A stretch of DNA of 63,264 nucleotides, the filler included, from Choristocarpus tenellus KU-1152 (Eukaryota > Protista > Phaeophyceae): the NCBI GenBank assembly GCA_964200185.2. It is 11 parts of 11 records of this genome, joined end to end, with 100 filler letters (N's around TTAATTAATTAA, not from the genome) between each part and the next. Parts side by side here need not be neighbours in the genome. Positions count along the whole stretch, not along the records: positions 12,265 to 16,223 come from CAXNAD020016928.1; positions 16,324 to 21,492 come from CAXNAD020011633.1; positions 21,593 to 26,579 come from CAXNAD020012268.1; positions 26,680 to 29,342 come from CAXNAD020025848.1; 7 more parts are not named here. The stretch is one strand, 5' to 3'. Positions 13,300 through 26,847 of the stretch are shown piece after piece (the first letter of the stretch is position 1; the number at the start of each line of letters is the position of its first letter). The position numbers and the translations under genes were made by a program. The notes under the pieces were generated by a model that saw only the letters and a list, made by a program, of their open reading frames with translations, ran no database searches and was not told the DNA's origin.

Positions 13300-15120
13300 T
13301 TTGCAAAGTCAATGTTTGACCTGAGAATGTTAATGACTAATTCTGTTCCACCAAGTATTAGTTCAATACATTGCAAGCACAGACTGTAGATAAATTGTGT
13401 TCACTGTGGCAAAGTTGTTCTATACTATGAACAGAAGAGTGATGAAGAAAGCAGATGAGTTTACTTCCCACTCCCGTTGTGTAATTCTAGTGGTCTGCTG
13501 TCCTGCATTTGTTACTGACTCATTGTTCCGAGAGATTTTTCATCAACTATCCAGATATGTATAGTGGGTTTGTTGCAACTTCCAAGACCTCCCAAATATG
13601 AAGGAAATTGCTTCCTCCCAATGACCACAACTGGCTATAAAAAATTGTAGCGGCAATATACTAGGTGTACCCCGGATTTTTTTTTTACTGTATATCTTAT
13701 TGGCCCCATACTGAGTACCTTGGTGAAAACTATAGGGGCACTGTTAAAGCAGACACAAACAGTAAGGCAGGTCCACCAGTAAGTAATTGACATGCAGACT
13801 CAAGAGAAAATATGGAAGGCACTTGACTTATTTTTGTTTTTTGTTTAAAAGAATAGTAAAATGATTCTTCCCTTTTTAAAGTATCAATATTCTTGATTGA
13901 TTTGTACATTTTGGTGAGAAGGTATATGTATTATGTATGTGGTTAGGATATGGAGAACTAATATTCTGTGAAACTATCTTGCAGATCTTTTGTATTTTGC
14001 AAATGGATTCTGCAATAGATGCTGCATTTGGCAGAACATTGGATTCTTATGTTTTTAGTTTCGTTCATTTGGATGAATTTTAGGGCTACATTAGACCTTC
14101 ATTGAACACTCTTTGCTGCAAGATACGTTGACAGCAGTGTTAAACAAGAACCATTAAACATTATACTGCACTGTGCTGGATATAGTGAGTGATGGAGTGT
14201 CATCTGGTGGCGTGATTCTGGCTTCCTAATACTACAATGCCAATCTCAACCTTCAACAGAGTGGTACAAAGTCATGTCATAACAAGAATATGCATACTGA
14301 ACCTTGAGACCTCATCCAACTAATTTTGCAGCTGATTGAAATATGCCCCTCAGGTGTTGAGATGATTTGGATCGGTTTTGTGCCAATGTTGTAAGTTTGT
14401 GATATTTCCCAGTGAGGACCAGAGACTCCTCAGTCATAGGTTTGGTGTTCTTTGAGTCTGATATTTGGATATGCTTTGAATTAATATCTGAACACACATT
14501 TGCTTGTCATGCATATTGTTCGTGACCATAGACAGACAACTGTATGAAACCCCATAAAAGAGGGAGGTGTTCTTGTTGTCAGAAGTCACCCTGCATCTTG
14601 AATGCAGACACTGTACTACAAACTCTTGTGTCAGAGTGAGTGTTGCCCGTTGACATGACAAATTGTCCTGCACGAATACCTCGCATACATCCTTTCGTAG
14701 CAAATATTCATCATTTGAGTGTGCACAAATGTTCTGCATGCAAGACAGCAGAACTAGTCCCCACCCCACAATAGAATGCTACACAAGTAGTCCTTTGTCC
14801 CTCAGCTCGTTTCGTTTTTGTGTAACATCGAATATGAATGAGTTTTCCAACAATCTTTTTCTTGACACAGGAGATCATGCTACTCTCCTACTAATGGAGA
14901 GCACAAAAACGTAGTTGGTGCACTTTTTTCATGTTTGTCCTTGTTGTGTATGGAGAAGTCGAAAACATGGTTGAAAATGGAAGCGTGGTGCTACATATGT
15001 CCAACTAGTTAAGGATACCTCTAAACTTCATTTCAGGTGTCCTAGTTAAAGACAAACATGAAAAAATGGAACTTTTAACATATGAGGCCATCTTCTATAC
15101 GCACGTTTGGTTTTGCTGTT
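13300..15120 (-). pseudogene. Highly decayed coding-like remnant, possibly a DNA transposase with a Cys/His-rich N-terminal region
   Basis: Fragments such as CAHSNDEYLL…LSC…CLHSRC (14434-14769 ORF) and TIHIWIVD, broken by many stops and frameshifts; family not established. Confidence 0.25.
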
Positions 15121-15327
15121 TGGTTTTTCTTTTGGTGAAAAATTGAACGGGAAAAAGAGAACTGGAAAAATGTGACTGAAGAGAGTTATACGATAGATTT
15201 CATGTCGATTATACGGACGCCTTGTATTGTACATACAAGACTTTCCAATGCCACCACCACACCACTCCACCATAATGTCTAACCCTTGAAAGTCAATACC
15301 AATTCAAGATTCTTGGAACAGTGAATC

Positions 15328-16223
15328 GTGGCTTATCAGGATGCGGTCACGAGCATAGTCTTCGAGCTGAATGCTGCAGTGTCATGGGTACTAAAGAGAC
15401 TGAAGAAAACGTGCGGTTCAAAGATGACAGCTGCTCATTTGAAGTCATACCAAGCGATTCCCATCGCCTATGTGGCGAGGTCCATGAAGGAATGCGGAAG
15501 CACAGTTTCACGGAATTCGAGACATGCCTTGGAAACGCAAAGAAAGATACATGGAAGTGGCTGGCGGTCCCTGGATTCTTGAAGTGGTTAGGAGAGGAAG
15601 CCCCAGACTTGACCCCCACTCGACTCTTACGAAGGGAGTGTTGGAGCAGACAACCTTGGGAACCGGGAAGAAGACCATTCCGAAGATATTCTTAAGTGCG
15701 AACACTTCGACATGGTCCAGGTGGACTAAGGCGCAGAAGATTGTCACCAACGTGTACATCCCCCTCTGGCTGACGTGAGTATGAAAGTAGATGTTGCTGA
15801 GCTTCTGCTGTATTGCATTTCACTTTCATAGGTTACATACACACTTGAAATCCATAATCACAAAGCTCAATGGCGAGTATCTTAACATACACACATCCAA
15901 CACTTTTCTTGCTTCCCAGTCTTGTTCCTGGAGAAAAGTTGTGGTCTGGGGAGCAGGACACGGACTGCCTGCAGAAGCTGTGCGACCTGTTGTGGGAGGA
16001 ACAGGAGAAATCGAGGATTACTGGGAGTACCATTGACCTTGTTGGAGGGGGGGAGGACAAAGGCGAATCTCCAGCGGCGACTGAGGCTAAAGTAGTGGGG
16101 ACTGATTCAGGAGGTCCCACTTCCAGTCCTGCCAGTGCCACCCCAGAAAAGCCCAGCGACGAACTACCCTTTCCTGGATCAGGGGGGAGAGACCTTTTCC
16201 CCAGGTTTCCCCTATTCCCCCCC
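15328..16223 (+). pseudogene. Frameshifted, intron-containing coding remnant, possibly hAT-like transposase (donor 15775, acceptor ~15919)
   Basis: Overlapping ORFs 15321/15328/15524 give …HRLCGEV…AVPGFLKW…KIFLS…TWSRWTKAQKIVTNVYIPLWLT, spliced in phase to LVPGEKLW; only a loose hAT-like pattern. Confidence 0.3.
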
Positions 16224-16684
16224 NNNNNNNNNNNNNNNNNNNNNNNNNNNNNNNNNNNNNNNNNNNNTTAATTAATTAANNNNNNNNNNNNNNNNNNNNN
16301 NNNNNNNNNNNNNNNNNNNNNNNATCGAAACGATCTACTCCATCAGTATCCGTTCATATTTTACCCACAAAAAGTAGCACGCGGGGGGAGGGGGGGGACC
16401 GACCTTGATATCGGCACACGAATCGAATCCGTTAGCAAACGCAAAGACATCAAATCACTCTCTCTACACAAAAGAAATCACAAACACAAACTAAACTGTT
16501 GATATTACACTTCAAACAAACAAAAAAATATGGAAATTTTACACTCTCACTACGTATATTAAAGTTACATTAATGTCTTTGAAAAAACAATATATATATA
16601 TATATCTTGTTTTTTACAAACTAACGCTGCAGCAAAGAAAGAAAAGAAAATCAACAATCAAGAAGGACATCACATCATCCCCCA

Positions 16685-16893
16685 CCCAGGTCTTGCAACC
16701 TTTTTAAAATTTGAAGTGTTAAGCTTGACTCAAGAACGTTAATAATATCTCTCATGTTCAATTTTTTTTTACACAATTCCGAAAATATTATAGTACACAT
16801 TTTTGTAAAAATAGACGATGTACTTTTTTTCACATAGTTGTCAGCACATCCATAAAATTCAACTCTCTGGGCACCTTTTGCTTACCTTGACTC
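16685..16893 (+). mobile_element. MITE family B copy (degenerate)
   Basis: cacatagttgtcagca block shared with the 24189 copy; right terminus ccttgactc. Confidence 0.6.
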
Positions 16894-17292
16894 ATGGAGG
16901 TACATTCCATAGTCCATGCAGGGGCCCAACATCCATAACTGATTCAAAACCACAAAACACCCATCCTTCAAAATCAACCTTAAACCTAACCCTAACCCTA
17001 ACTCTATTTCATGGTATTAGGTTGGCTGACTAATTTTGTAACCCCTTTAGAGACGACAAACTCAATTCCATTGGGTTAGGGTTAGGGTTATTGGGGGCCA
17101 ATCATCTCCACTTTCTGCTTCTCATTCTAACACCAGACAACTGACATCTCACAATCCGACTCAATCACCCCACCTCTAAAAAAAACACACACACACCCTT
17201 AACCTCAACAAAACATCCAACAATAAAGCGCTGTATTCTCATGAGAGCACTATTAACAAATCAAAATAAATTACCATACACCCTCGACTCAC

Positions 17293-17383
17293 CCGTCGTA
17301 ATAGAGGTTCCTACTGTGAAAGTAAGTCGTTGGTCGAATGCCTTCTCCAGAAGTGAAAGGACCTCTCTACCCACATCATTGTC
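17293..17383 (-). CDS. Deltex C-terminal (DTC) domain protein, exon ([31 protein letters not shown])
   Basis: CAG/GTGAG ends; matches the DTC motif DN..GR.VL.LL..AF..RL.FTVGTS.TTG. Confidence 0.9.
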
Positions 17384-19051
17384 CTGGGAAGGCGAGGTTG
17401 AAAAGGTTCTGAGGGTATATTGACTCCGCCGATCTATGTTGCAATTAAAACAAAATCAAGAATATAAAAGAGTATACAGGGAAGATTTCTTTTTCTTCAA
17501 CTATTTTTCTTTTTTTTCTTTCTGTCATGCATATGAAACACGTGCGTTCTGCGTTCAGCTCGCAGAGATCAGCGGCGAGCGGAACACCTCGTGTGTGATT
17601 CGATCATCATTCTCTTCTTGCATCCCTATTATCACCACAGGTCTAAGTAGCTATACATCCAGCTATGCACTACAGAGACAGACATGTTCCAAAAAATAAA
17701 ATAGCAGCAGAGTAAATTAAACCTATTCTAAAAAAAAAAAGAATCTGCCCCACAAAATAGTTCTAATAAAATTCTGTACAATTATGCATATATACCCATC
17801 TGTATTTTAAAAAATCAAAACAGCCAAAAAGACTATCCCCAATAAAAACAAATAAATACTGCACAAATAAATAGACCACCAGATCTACCAATAGAGTTCT
17901 ACAAATACCTGCAAAAATAAAAACATCAAATAACAATACTAACAACAGTAAAGAAAATACTGAAGAAATGTTTTCATGCACTTGCTAACAAACACGATAG
18001 CCAAAAAATTACATCAAAATCACAACATTTCAAGTCTTCTCAAGGAGACATGTTTGAGCTCATTGTATAGTACCTTTCATGCACTACCCCCCCTGGAAAA
18101 TACAGCCCCCGTGTTGTTTTTTTACAAATTTCAGCCTGCGTTGAAGCTTGTGCTCTACAATTCCTTCTCTTTTTTGAGCATTTCTGATCAAAGACAGGTT
18201 CTTCTTACTCTAAAAATATATTTTTTTAAACAGATTTTAAACTCCAGAGAAAGAGGGCAGCCAATCAACTGCCAATCTTGACTGCCCAACTGAGACAGTG
18301 AGGGAAAAACCCAACCCATACAACACAAATAGCTCTTCTCAAGTCCCCGTAGAAGACACCAATCACCAAAACCTCCATCCAAAAACAATCATCACAAATG
18401 TATGTATATATATTATTAACAAATAACACCCCATACAACAACAACAATTGCATCAATTAATACTGCAAAGGTCATATAAAAAACCCTACGTATACCTATT
18501 ATAATTTTTTACTGAATACAAGGAATTGAAATCTGTAACAAGTCACTGAAGCAGAGAAATATAAAAAAATGCAATGCAATGCAAGGATCCCCCCAAAATA
18601 GCCGTAACACAAGCCTTCCTCCACATACAAAAAGGACATCTTCTAAATTGTGGTACATCATGTTTTTAACCTCTCTACTTTTGTGTCTGTGCACGTGTGT
18701 GTGTGTTTTTTATTACGCAGAGGTTGAAAAAAGAAAATTTCAAAAACAGTCAAGCTTTGTGTACCTCACAATTAGTGTATTGGAAGAAAGTACACATACA
18801 ATAATAAAATATTAATTAAAAAATATATATATACATACAAACCCTAAAACTGACAGGGAAGATACTACGTGGTACACATGGTACATAGATTTCACATAAA
18901 GATCAACAATTCAATGAAAAAAGAAAATAGGAAAGAACACCTGTTCTCCAACAACAAAAAGCCTCCATCTAAACAACTCCACCTCAGTAGAACAACCACC
19001 ATACCTTGCTCTATAGTGTACAAATATGTCATACTGTGCTAGGATGAACAG

Positions 19052-19320
19052 TACAAAAAATTAGTATTGATAATATAGGGTCTACAACAGATTAGTGTCG
19101 ATAATGTGTAGTTTACCAAAGATTAGTATTGATCAAATGTAGTCTACAACAGATTAGTATTGAGAGTGTATAGTGTACAACAGATTAGTGTCGATAATGT
19201 GTACTTTACCAAAGAGTAGTATTGATCAGATGTAGTCTACAGCAGATTAGTATTGAGAGTACATAGCATACAACAGAGTAGCATTGATAATATGTCGTCT
19301 ACAAAAGATTAGTATTGAAC
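19052..19320 (+). repeat. 31-bp minisatellite, ~9 copies, with 93-bp (3-unit) higher-order periodicity
   Basis: Units tacaacagattagt…; variant tails gtcgataatgtgta / attgatca.atgtagtc / attgagagt recur in fixed order. Confidence 0.9.
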
Positions 19321-19562
19321 TCGACACATACACAGTTCACCACAACTGTAGTACAACAACTACGGATTTAGAAAATAAAATAAAACAAGAGAAACAACTA
19401 TGGATACTACATATTCAAGCATACTGCAACATACAATGGACAATACATTGGAGGTAACTGTCACATAAATAACTAGGAATGTACAATAGAGCAGGCAACC
19501 CACCATTTGAAGGATTGATCCCTACCTCATCTAGAGTTGGATCCCTACCGCAGCAAGCAAAC

Positions 19563-19705
19563 ACAAATATACAAATATACAAATATACAAATATACAAAC
19601 ATACAGATATACAAATATACAAACATACAAATATACAAATATACATACAAATATACAAACATACAAATATACAAATATACAAATATACAGATATACAAAT
19701 ATACA
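19563..19705 (+). repeat. 8-bp microsatellite (ACAAATAT)n
   Basis: Directly visible tandem array. Confidence 0.95.
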
Positions 19706-19885
19706 GGGTAAACTGGCATCAATCACCCTCCTGGGCTGTGGTCAACTTCACTACCATCCTAGAAAAATATAAAAAAATATGAAAAACCAACCGTACAATG
19801 ATAGAAAAATATAAAAAAAATATGATATCTTTTTGCACCAATACAGGCCCAGAAAAAAAAATGGACGGAGGAAGCTGTCACTCAC

Positions 19886-19948
19886 TGGGAGGTACGCCAC
19901 TCTTCTAGTACCATGGAAGGCATGACCAGGGTTAGGGTGTTGCGGACC
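19886..19948 (-). CDS. Deltex C-terminal (DTC) domain protein, exon (GPQHPNPGHAFHGTRRVAYLP)
   Basis: CAG/GTGAG ends, phase 0-0; HPNPG…GT.R.AYLP is contiguous with DN of the next exon, as in DTX-family E3 ligases. Confidence 0.9.
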
Positions 19949-20168
19949 CTGCAAACACCATGCAGGGTTATGGAGTCGGAGAGAGAGAGAGAGAGAGAGA
20001 GAGGGAGTCAGGAGAATGTATCATGCACATATATGCCTGACTCAATGAGAACTAATGTAGTGTTGTGAATCCCTGATTCCATTCCACCGTGATGAACTGG
20101 AATCAGAAAATGAGCAAGTGCTTTTCCATTGATTTTTCATGTGTGAGATGCACGCTCGGCAATTTGTT

Positions 20169-20282
20169 GTACCATACCTCCTGTAGTACCATACCTCCTG
20201 TAGTACCATACCTCCTGTAGTACCATACCTCCTGTAGTACCATACCTCCTGTAGTACCATACCTCCTGTTGTACCATACCTC
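20169..20282 (+). repeat. 17-bp tandem repeat (GTACCATACCTCCTGTA) x~6.5
   Basis: Near-perfect copies; produces the spurious repetitive ORFs at 20042 and 20103. Confidence 0.95.
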
Positions 20283-23125
20283 AAGACGTAAAACATTTAA
20301 CAATATAATGGAGTACATCAAGACCTTTTCCTCCCATAAAATAATGACTTCCAGTTCACAACTCTATCAAGAAGACCACCAATGAATGACCTATTACACA
20401 AAAACACGAAAAAAAACGTTTTTTATTTTTTTACAAAACAGTAACAAAAAAAAAAGTATACATTTAAAATCGGCACTCAATCCCTTTTCATTTGCAAAAC
20501 CACAAAAAACTACCACACTCGAGAGATAAATAATAAAAAATGATAAAGAGAGTGCGTGCATATTGATGGGGGCACAACCAACAACAAATAAAAATAAGAA
20601 ACAAAACCTCTTTGAGGACTCTACTTCTTCACTTAAAAAAAAACAAAATAAACAGGAACATTTGTCAACGCAACAAAATTCTAGAACAATAAACAGGAGT
20701 AGGATGACAAGGCATAAAGATAGACAAGCAATGGAGTGGGTCAGCACAATACAACTTCAATATAAACCCATGACGGTATCATAGGCCTAACTCACACCAC
20801 CATAAACATAAATGAATAAATAATCACACTGTCATACCAACCAAATCAACTCTTCCCCCACCCCCCACCCCCCACTTCATCACGACCAATCTCGGAACAA
20901 TTGGGAAAATTCGACCAGCACAGGACTAAACTGGAATTCTATTTTAAACCCTCATGTCTCTTTTTCTTCATTCTTGTCTTTTTCCTGCCTACTGCTCATT
21001 CACCATGCTCATTCACTGGCCCTTAAGAACATTTTATTTACTCAAATACACAGGGCAAACAAAACTTTCTAAGAAAAAACAAAATATTTTTTTGATTGCC
21101 GATTAAATAAAAAGTTAATAAAAAGTTGCCAGAATATTTTCCACATCAAACGGTATCAACAATAATAGCAACGCAACAAGAAGAAATGGGACAATTTTGT
21201 TCACATTTATTCTAATAAAACAAAAAACGAAGATGGACCCTTCAATCAAAAAATAAAATAAAATCAATTGAGTTACAAAATATGGATAAAAAATAAAAAC
21301 CGATTGGGGTGAAAAGCATCGTATATTCGTGTCTTGCAGGGCTATTCATCTTTTTCTCACACAACTCACTTCAACCACACCTCACAGAAGCATCTCCTGA
21401 ATACCCTCCTTCAACAACAAAATCATCGTATGGGGAACCCCCCCCCCCCCCTCCACATACCCAACCACAAAAAACAAACCACCATAAACAACNNNNNNNN
21501 NNNNNNNNNNNNNNNNNNNNNNNNNNNNNNNNNNNNTTAATTAATTAANNNNNNNNNNNNNNNNNNNNNNNNNNNNNNNNNNNNNNNNNNNNCCCCAAAT
21601 GGACAGCCGACACCCCCTCCCAGATACTGTGAGCCTGAGGCCGAACCTCATTGACAACGAGGGGAGTTGACTGCCTGAACATTTCAGCCAAATAATAGTA
21701 TTAGTCAGATATTTCCAAGTTACTAAATCTTGCACATCAAACTCATACACACGTTTATAAACCGCAGTATAAAGCTGTCCCCTCAAACTTTTTTTCTTCT
21801 TTCTTCTTTTTGTGTTGTTACTCTTTTTCTGACCACTGTTTGAAGCATGCTGTGTTGTTGCTATTTCTAGACGACAACAAATTTTAGAATCGCCCATTTT
21901 TGTATCCTGTATCGAGCTAATGCAAGGTAATCGATGAATTGATCAATGAGTCAACCCGTCGTCCGTCTCTTTCAAGGTTCATACCATGGGTGCTGACTCC
22001 ATCATTGCTATACTTACTTTCCTGGTTCTAAGGTAGAATTTCTTCAGAACTACAAATCGCTGACAGAATTCTCTTGAGTCCTTCCATCAGGAGTCCCTAT
22101 CCAATCCATCCCTCTAATTGTCCACCCCTGCCTCGTCTTCTAGTTTGCGATCTCTCTTGTGCGCTCTTAAGATTGATAGTGGGGACTCTTAATTTATTAC
22201 GCTCTAACAACAATTAAATTGATGAGAGAGTTGGGGTGGTGTTTTTGGAGGGCGTAGATCTCGAATTTGAAAGCAATCGATTGCAAAAAGAACTTGCTGA
22301 CCAGGGCTCAGGAAGGATTTTTGTTGTATTCCACACAACAATAAGGTGTTTATTACTGGATCCTGGAGGTGTGTATTGTTTTTCGATGTTGATTTGTTGA
22401 CGAGGGGGGAGAAATGACACTTTGTAACAGAAGGCGAGACAACAGGATGTTCCTGAGTATTAAGTGGAATAGACCCAAGTGCGACGTCCTCTACCCTGTC
22501 CCTCTTTTATCTCAACCCAGAACTCCGTTGGGAAGGAAATTGAATATATATGCCTGACAGGGTCAATAACATGCTTGAGCCTACAATTCTCAACCGTTGG
22601 CTCTGGAACTCGGTGCAAAAACAAGATAAACTGCAATAGGTGCGCTCAATGATACTCTTCAGAACAACAGGCGATGGTGTTCTTGGTTATCACGTATGTA
22701 GGGCGACCAACGGTCACTCAAGGTCACTCGGTAAGCACCCTCGCGTACTTCACTACTCCGTTCGTCGTTACACTCTCTACTTAGTTCCCCTTCGATAGAG
22801 TGTTGGTGTCGCGCTCACAGCAAAGTATAATTGTATGTTGTCATGATCCCCTTGAAGGAGGATTGCTCAAGGTTAGAAGAATTTCCCTTGAGGGATCTAC
22901 ACAATAAATGTACTTCTTAGAGCAAACATAGACGACTTGAACTCGAGCAAATCGATCTGGTTGACACGGGCTGCACGTGCCTGAAAATACTTCAATCACT
23001 TTGTATACCCGATTGTGTAACTGCCAAAGAGGAGCGACGTGCCAATAATGATGATGCGAAATTCTTATGCGGTGGTTTCTTTGAGCAAATGGGGCTGGTG
23101 GCACGAGCTGCACAACGCCCCCCGC

Positions 23126-23356
23126 GAGCGAAAGTAAACGAGAGGTACCCAGGGTTGCATTAAAAAATACTGTAAATGTCCCAAATTCTGCCTATAATGT
23201 TCCACAAATTGATATATACGGAGTTTTCTGGATTCTGTCCATAATTTTTAACCAATAGAGAGAAATCAACACTCTTAGGTCAATCCACAGAAAAAAGGTG
23301 AATTGCAAAAGATGAAAAAAAATGCTTTTAAAATGCGGAATGAATAAAACCTGGTT
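23126..23356 (-). mobile_element. MITE family B copy (reverse orientation)
   Basis: Terminus gagcgaaagtaaacgagaggtacccagggttgcat. Confidence 0.7.
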
Positions 23357-23949
23357 ATGTATGAAGATACAAGCACTGATGAAATCCAGGAGTACAGCTA
23401 TCCAGAATATGCAGGATAAAGTTGAGGCGAAGAGGAAGGCAGAAGAGAGGTAAAGAGGAAGATAAAGAGTGATGTATTATCTCGGCATTGGGGCGTGCAC
23501 ATCTCCATGCTCTCGTGGTAGATACACATTTTATTGGTCTGTCTAGACCAATCATAGTTATGAATGCCCTTGCTATCATCGACACTAATACAGAAATATT
23601 AACACAGTGAAACAGTCACATTCCATCCACGACTGGTGCGCTAACACTATGTGTATAGTGGGAAGAACTTCAATAAACACCCTCCCTAAGTCAGACAACT
23701 CTTACCAAATCACTAGCCTGTGTAAAACTCAAAACACAAAACCAACCGAGAAAAAAATCGACTCTGTGAAAAACAAACACAGAATGTGGCAAATAATGCT
23801 TACTCTTTCAAGATTATTAGGAAAATCTCAGCATGTTTCCAAAAATACAGATTTCTCGATGGCTTGGTGGGTATGTCTGCGTGTTGCTGGTCATATGATA
23901 CATAACTAATCACAATGTACCCTCTTGCCACAACAAATTCTGTAATAAG

Positions 23950-25430
23950 TGGTGCCTGCCATCTCTGTCTTTTGATCTGGCAGAACTAAAGAGGTTGTTA
24001 GAGTCCTAGAGAACTATGCCACTGCAGCACCTCTACACGCAATTTCTTCGCTAGACACAGAACCCCTATCCAACAGCTCTGTACCGAAATCAGCGTTAGC
24101 GTATGCCTCCAAGTCCATGCTAGCTCCTCTCCTGTATATCAACCTCAGTTCCCGAGTTTCGTCCAGGAATTCAAGCACTTGGACCACAGAGTCAAAGTAT
24201 ACGAGAGGTACCCCAAGTCTTGGCCTTTTTAAATTTAAGCAATTCTTGTTCAATCCTTTGTAATTCACCCATACTTCTATGGACGAAATCCTAAGTTTGA
24301 TTTGAAAGCATTCATCACTCTATTGTATGAAACCTCTTTGACATTAATTCAGAATAGTCCCAACGCACACTGTATAAAAAATAACTTTTGCACATAGTTG
24401 TCAGCATCCTGTTGAAACTACAATCTTTTACATATAGCGCGTCTTTGACACTATATGGACACACTCACCAGCGATCGCGCTTTTGTCTCTCCCAGATGGT
24501 TTACTTTAAGACATTGATGTGTAATTATGCGCTTCATAAGGGACGTAATGCACTCGTCAATACAAACGCGAATCTGCTCGCAAAATACTTCATCTACAGG
24601 TATGTACTAGTATATCCTATACACAACTCTTCTCCTTCACGCCTTTTGATCGCTGAAACACCAACACCATTGACAGACAATAGCTCAACCGCTTCAGGTG
24701 ACATACACACTTCATATCAGCACAGAGTCTAAATCTCAACGCGAAATACCTAGAAGAAGTATCCCCTACTACTGTACACCCTACACTTCAAGGAAACAAT
24801 GCCAGCCTTTGACAAAAAAGAAGCAAATGGGAATTTTCATAACACAGTCCACCCAAATCTAGGCTCTAAGGACATATCCAAAGTATAGGGTATTCCACAC
24901 TTCATCAAAACAAGATCAACCCTCGACTCGAGAATCCATGCAAATAACCTTTCCAACAACAAAGATAATCCACATAAATCTCAGGGCTCAAGACATACCC
25001 GAAATGTGACTTATTCAACACTTCATCAGAACGAGACCTGACCTCCACTCAAAAAACATAAAAATAAAAAATAAACCATTTTCCCAACACCTGGTCAAGG
25101 GCCGAGCGGACACCCTGGGCTAGATCCCTCCCACCCCCGAGATACTTCGTCTCATGAACCGAGAAGAATCACCCTGAATAATCATGGTGTATATTGCTTA
25201 TTTCCAAATGAGAAAATAGGCCGCTTGCTATGCAGATCAACGAAAACCCAATCCAGCTTTCTCATTGTTCTGGAAGATATGATCGATTTAATTACCTCAC
25301 GGATGCCCTTGCTCACAGAGCAGCTTGAACATGGTTCCAATACCATGGCATTTTCAGTTGACTTGAGCAGTGCCTCGTGATAATGACTGTACGTGCAATG
25401 AAAGAGATTAGTATCCAACTCATTATGTGT
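23950..25430 (-). mobile_element. Degenerate Ty1/copia remnant (GAG-pre-integrase/integrase start, RT, RNase H), interrupted by MITEs
   Basis: FHCTYSHYHEALL…CSSCSVSKG…VFVDL (25182-25418) and LIYRRGASMDLEAYANADF…DRGSVS…GAAV (24014-24188); INT-RT-RH order is copia-type. Confidence 0.85.
24189..24430 (+). mobile_element. MITE family B copy inserted in the copia RT region
   Basis: Left terminus gagtcaaagtatacgagaggtacccc. Confidence 0.8.
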
Positions 25431-26186
25431 GGGGCATGAGGCTTGGTTGTGGGTCGAATGGTTGCTTTTTGAACTGCATCAGCCTTTTTGTGAGTGTTGG
25501 CATGATGTGTCGACCTAAAAGAGTGCAGTGGCTACGGTGAGTTGACCCATGTATGCCGTGTAGTGTGCACCCTTGTGCGCCGCAGCCTGAAGAGAACGGA
25601 TTGTAGCCCCGAGTGGTGATATATCCAACATCCAACAGTTTAATCCTAACTCGTAGGCCTTCCAACAAAAAAAGTAGCAGTTGACGTATTGTCAAACCTT
25701 GAATTGCATAAATCAGTGTTACTGGAGAAGTGCTCTTTGCAGAGGCATGAAGTGTTGCAGAGTGAAGAGGTGACCTACTGCACTGAAGTGCTGGTGGAAT
25801 ACGATGCAACGGATCTGATGACATGCCTTGTGAAGAGGCTGGCTGTATACTGCGACGTGCAGCAGTATTCAGTGCTGTGGTCCAGGATAGTTATGCATGG
25901 TCTGAGTAGAGGCTTGTGGGTGTGTTAACTCTGAAATTATCCCGTTCAGATGTGTGTAGAGGTACACCTATAGCAGAGTGAAGTGGAAGTCAGAACAGGG
26001 GGCAGCACCTTGCATTAAAAAATACAAAACAAGGTATCAAGGGTTTGATCTACGACAATAAAGAAAAGAGGCGAACTTAAGTCAAATTCTTAATAATCGA
26101 TTCATGTGTGTCACGTACTGACTGAGTTTGTATGTTGAACATGTACCACTTTGTCAGAATTACTATGAATCATGCAACATTTACAA

Positions 26187-26459
26187 CAACTGTTACTTTT
26201 ACAGGGGTCGTTGTGATATTGGTTTGGACTTTTCCCTGTCACATCTGTATAATGTCAAAGGGTATAATAATTGTATATAAACCATGCAAAGTGTAACGGT
26301 AGGTCATGTTCACATACATGTTGCACAGGGCAATATGCATGCGGTGTAGATACTTGCTAAATAAGTAATATAAATAATGTGATGCCTTGTGATATTTTGT
26401 AGATGTGTCAGGAAGAGTCCAAACTAATATCATAGGGATCCCTGTAAAATAAAAAGTTG
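26187..26459. repeat. Imperfect foldback (inverted arms >=75 bp)
   Basis: ttttacagggg…gatattggtttggactttt…cacatct pairs with agatgtg…agagtccaaactaatatc…ccctgtaaaa. Confidence 0.8.
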
Positions 26460-26847
26460 TCACAAATTTGAAAGTTATCTCTCCAAAGACATACTATTTA
26501 GTACCAGTACATAACAGCCGATTTCAAAAATTGAGGATGGAGCTTTTCATTGAGGATGGGCTTGACCCAAAATTGACAGNNNNNNNNNNNNNNNNNNNNN
26601 NNNNNNNNNNNNNNNNNNNNNNNTTAATTAATTAANNNNNNNNNNNNNNNNNNNNNNNNNNNNNNNNNNNNNNNNNNNNGTGGCCTCTGATCGCCACATC
26701 ACTCGCCTATAGTCATTAAATGCGTGGTCTTTGACCACCATGGTCGAGACATTGCCTAGGTAGTCAATTGTTCTGCGTTCCTTTCCTCACACATTTTTGT
26801 TCGCTTTTGGTTGCCATCTTGTCCTCTTACCCCCCAGGTTTACAGAC

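Noticed and set aside
19415-19782. Repetitive ORFs (YKYTNIQ / IFVYLY)
   Set aside because: Translations of an 8-bp microsatellite.
19929-19938. Telomeric motif insertion in the Deltex exon
   Set aside because: CCCTAACCCT simply encodes the conserved H-P-N-P motif.
19052-20282. CRISPR-like arrays (31-bp and 17-bp repeats)
   Set aside because: No unique spacers, units are contiguous and recur, no cas genes, eukaryotic intron context.
21640-23113. Coding-like fragments
   Set aside because: No recognisable motif or consistent exon chain.
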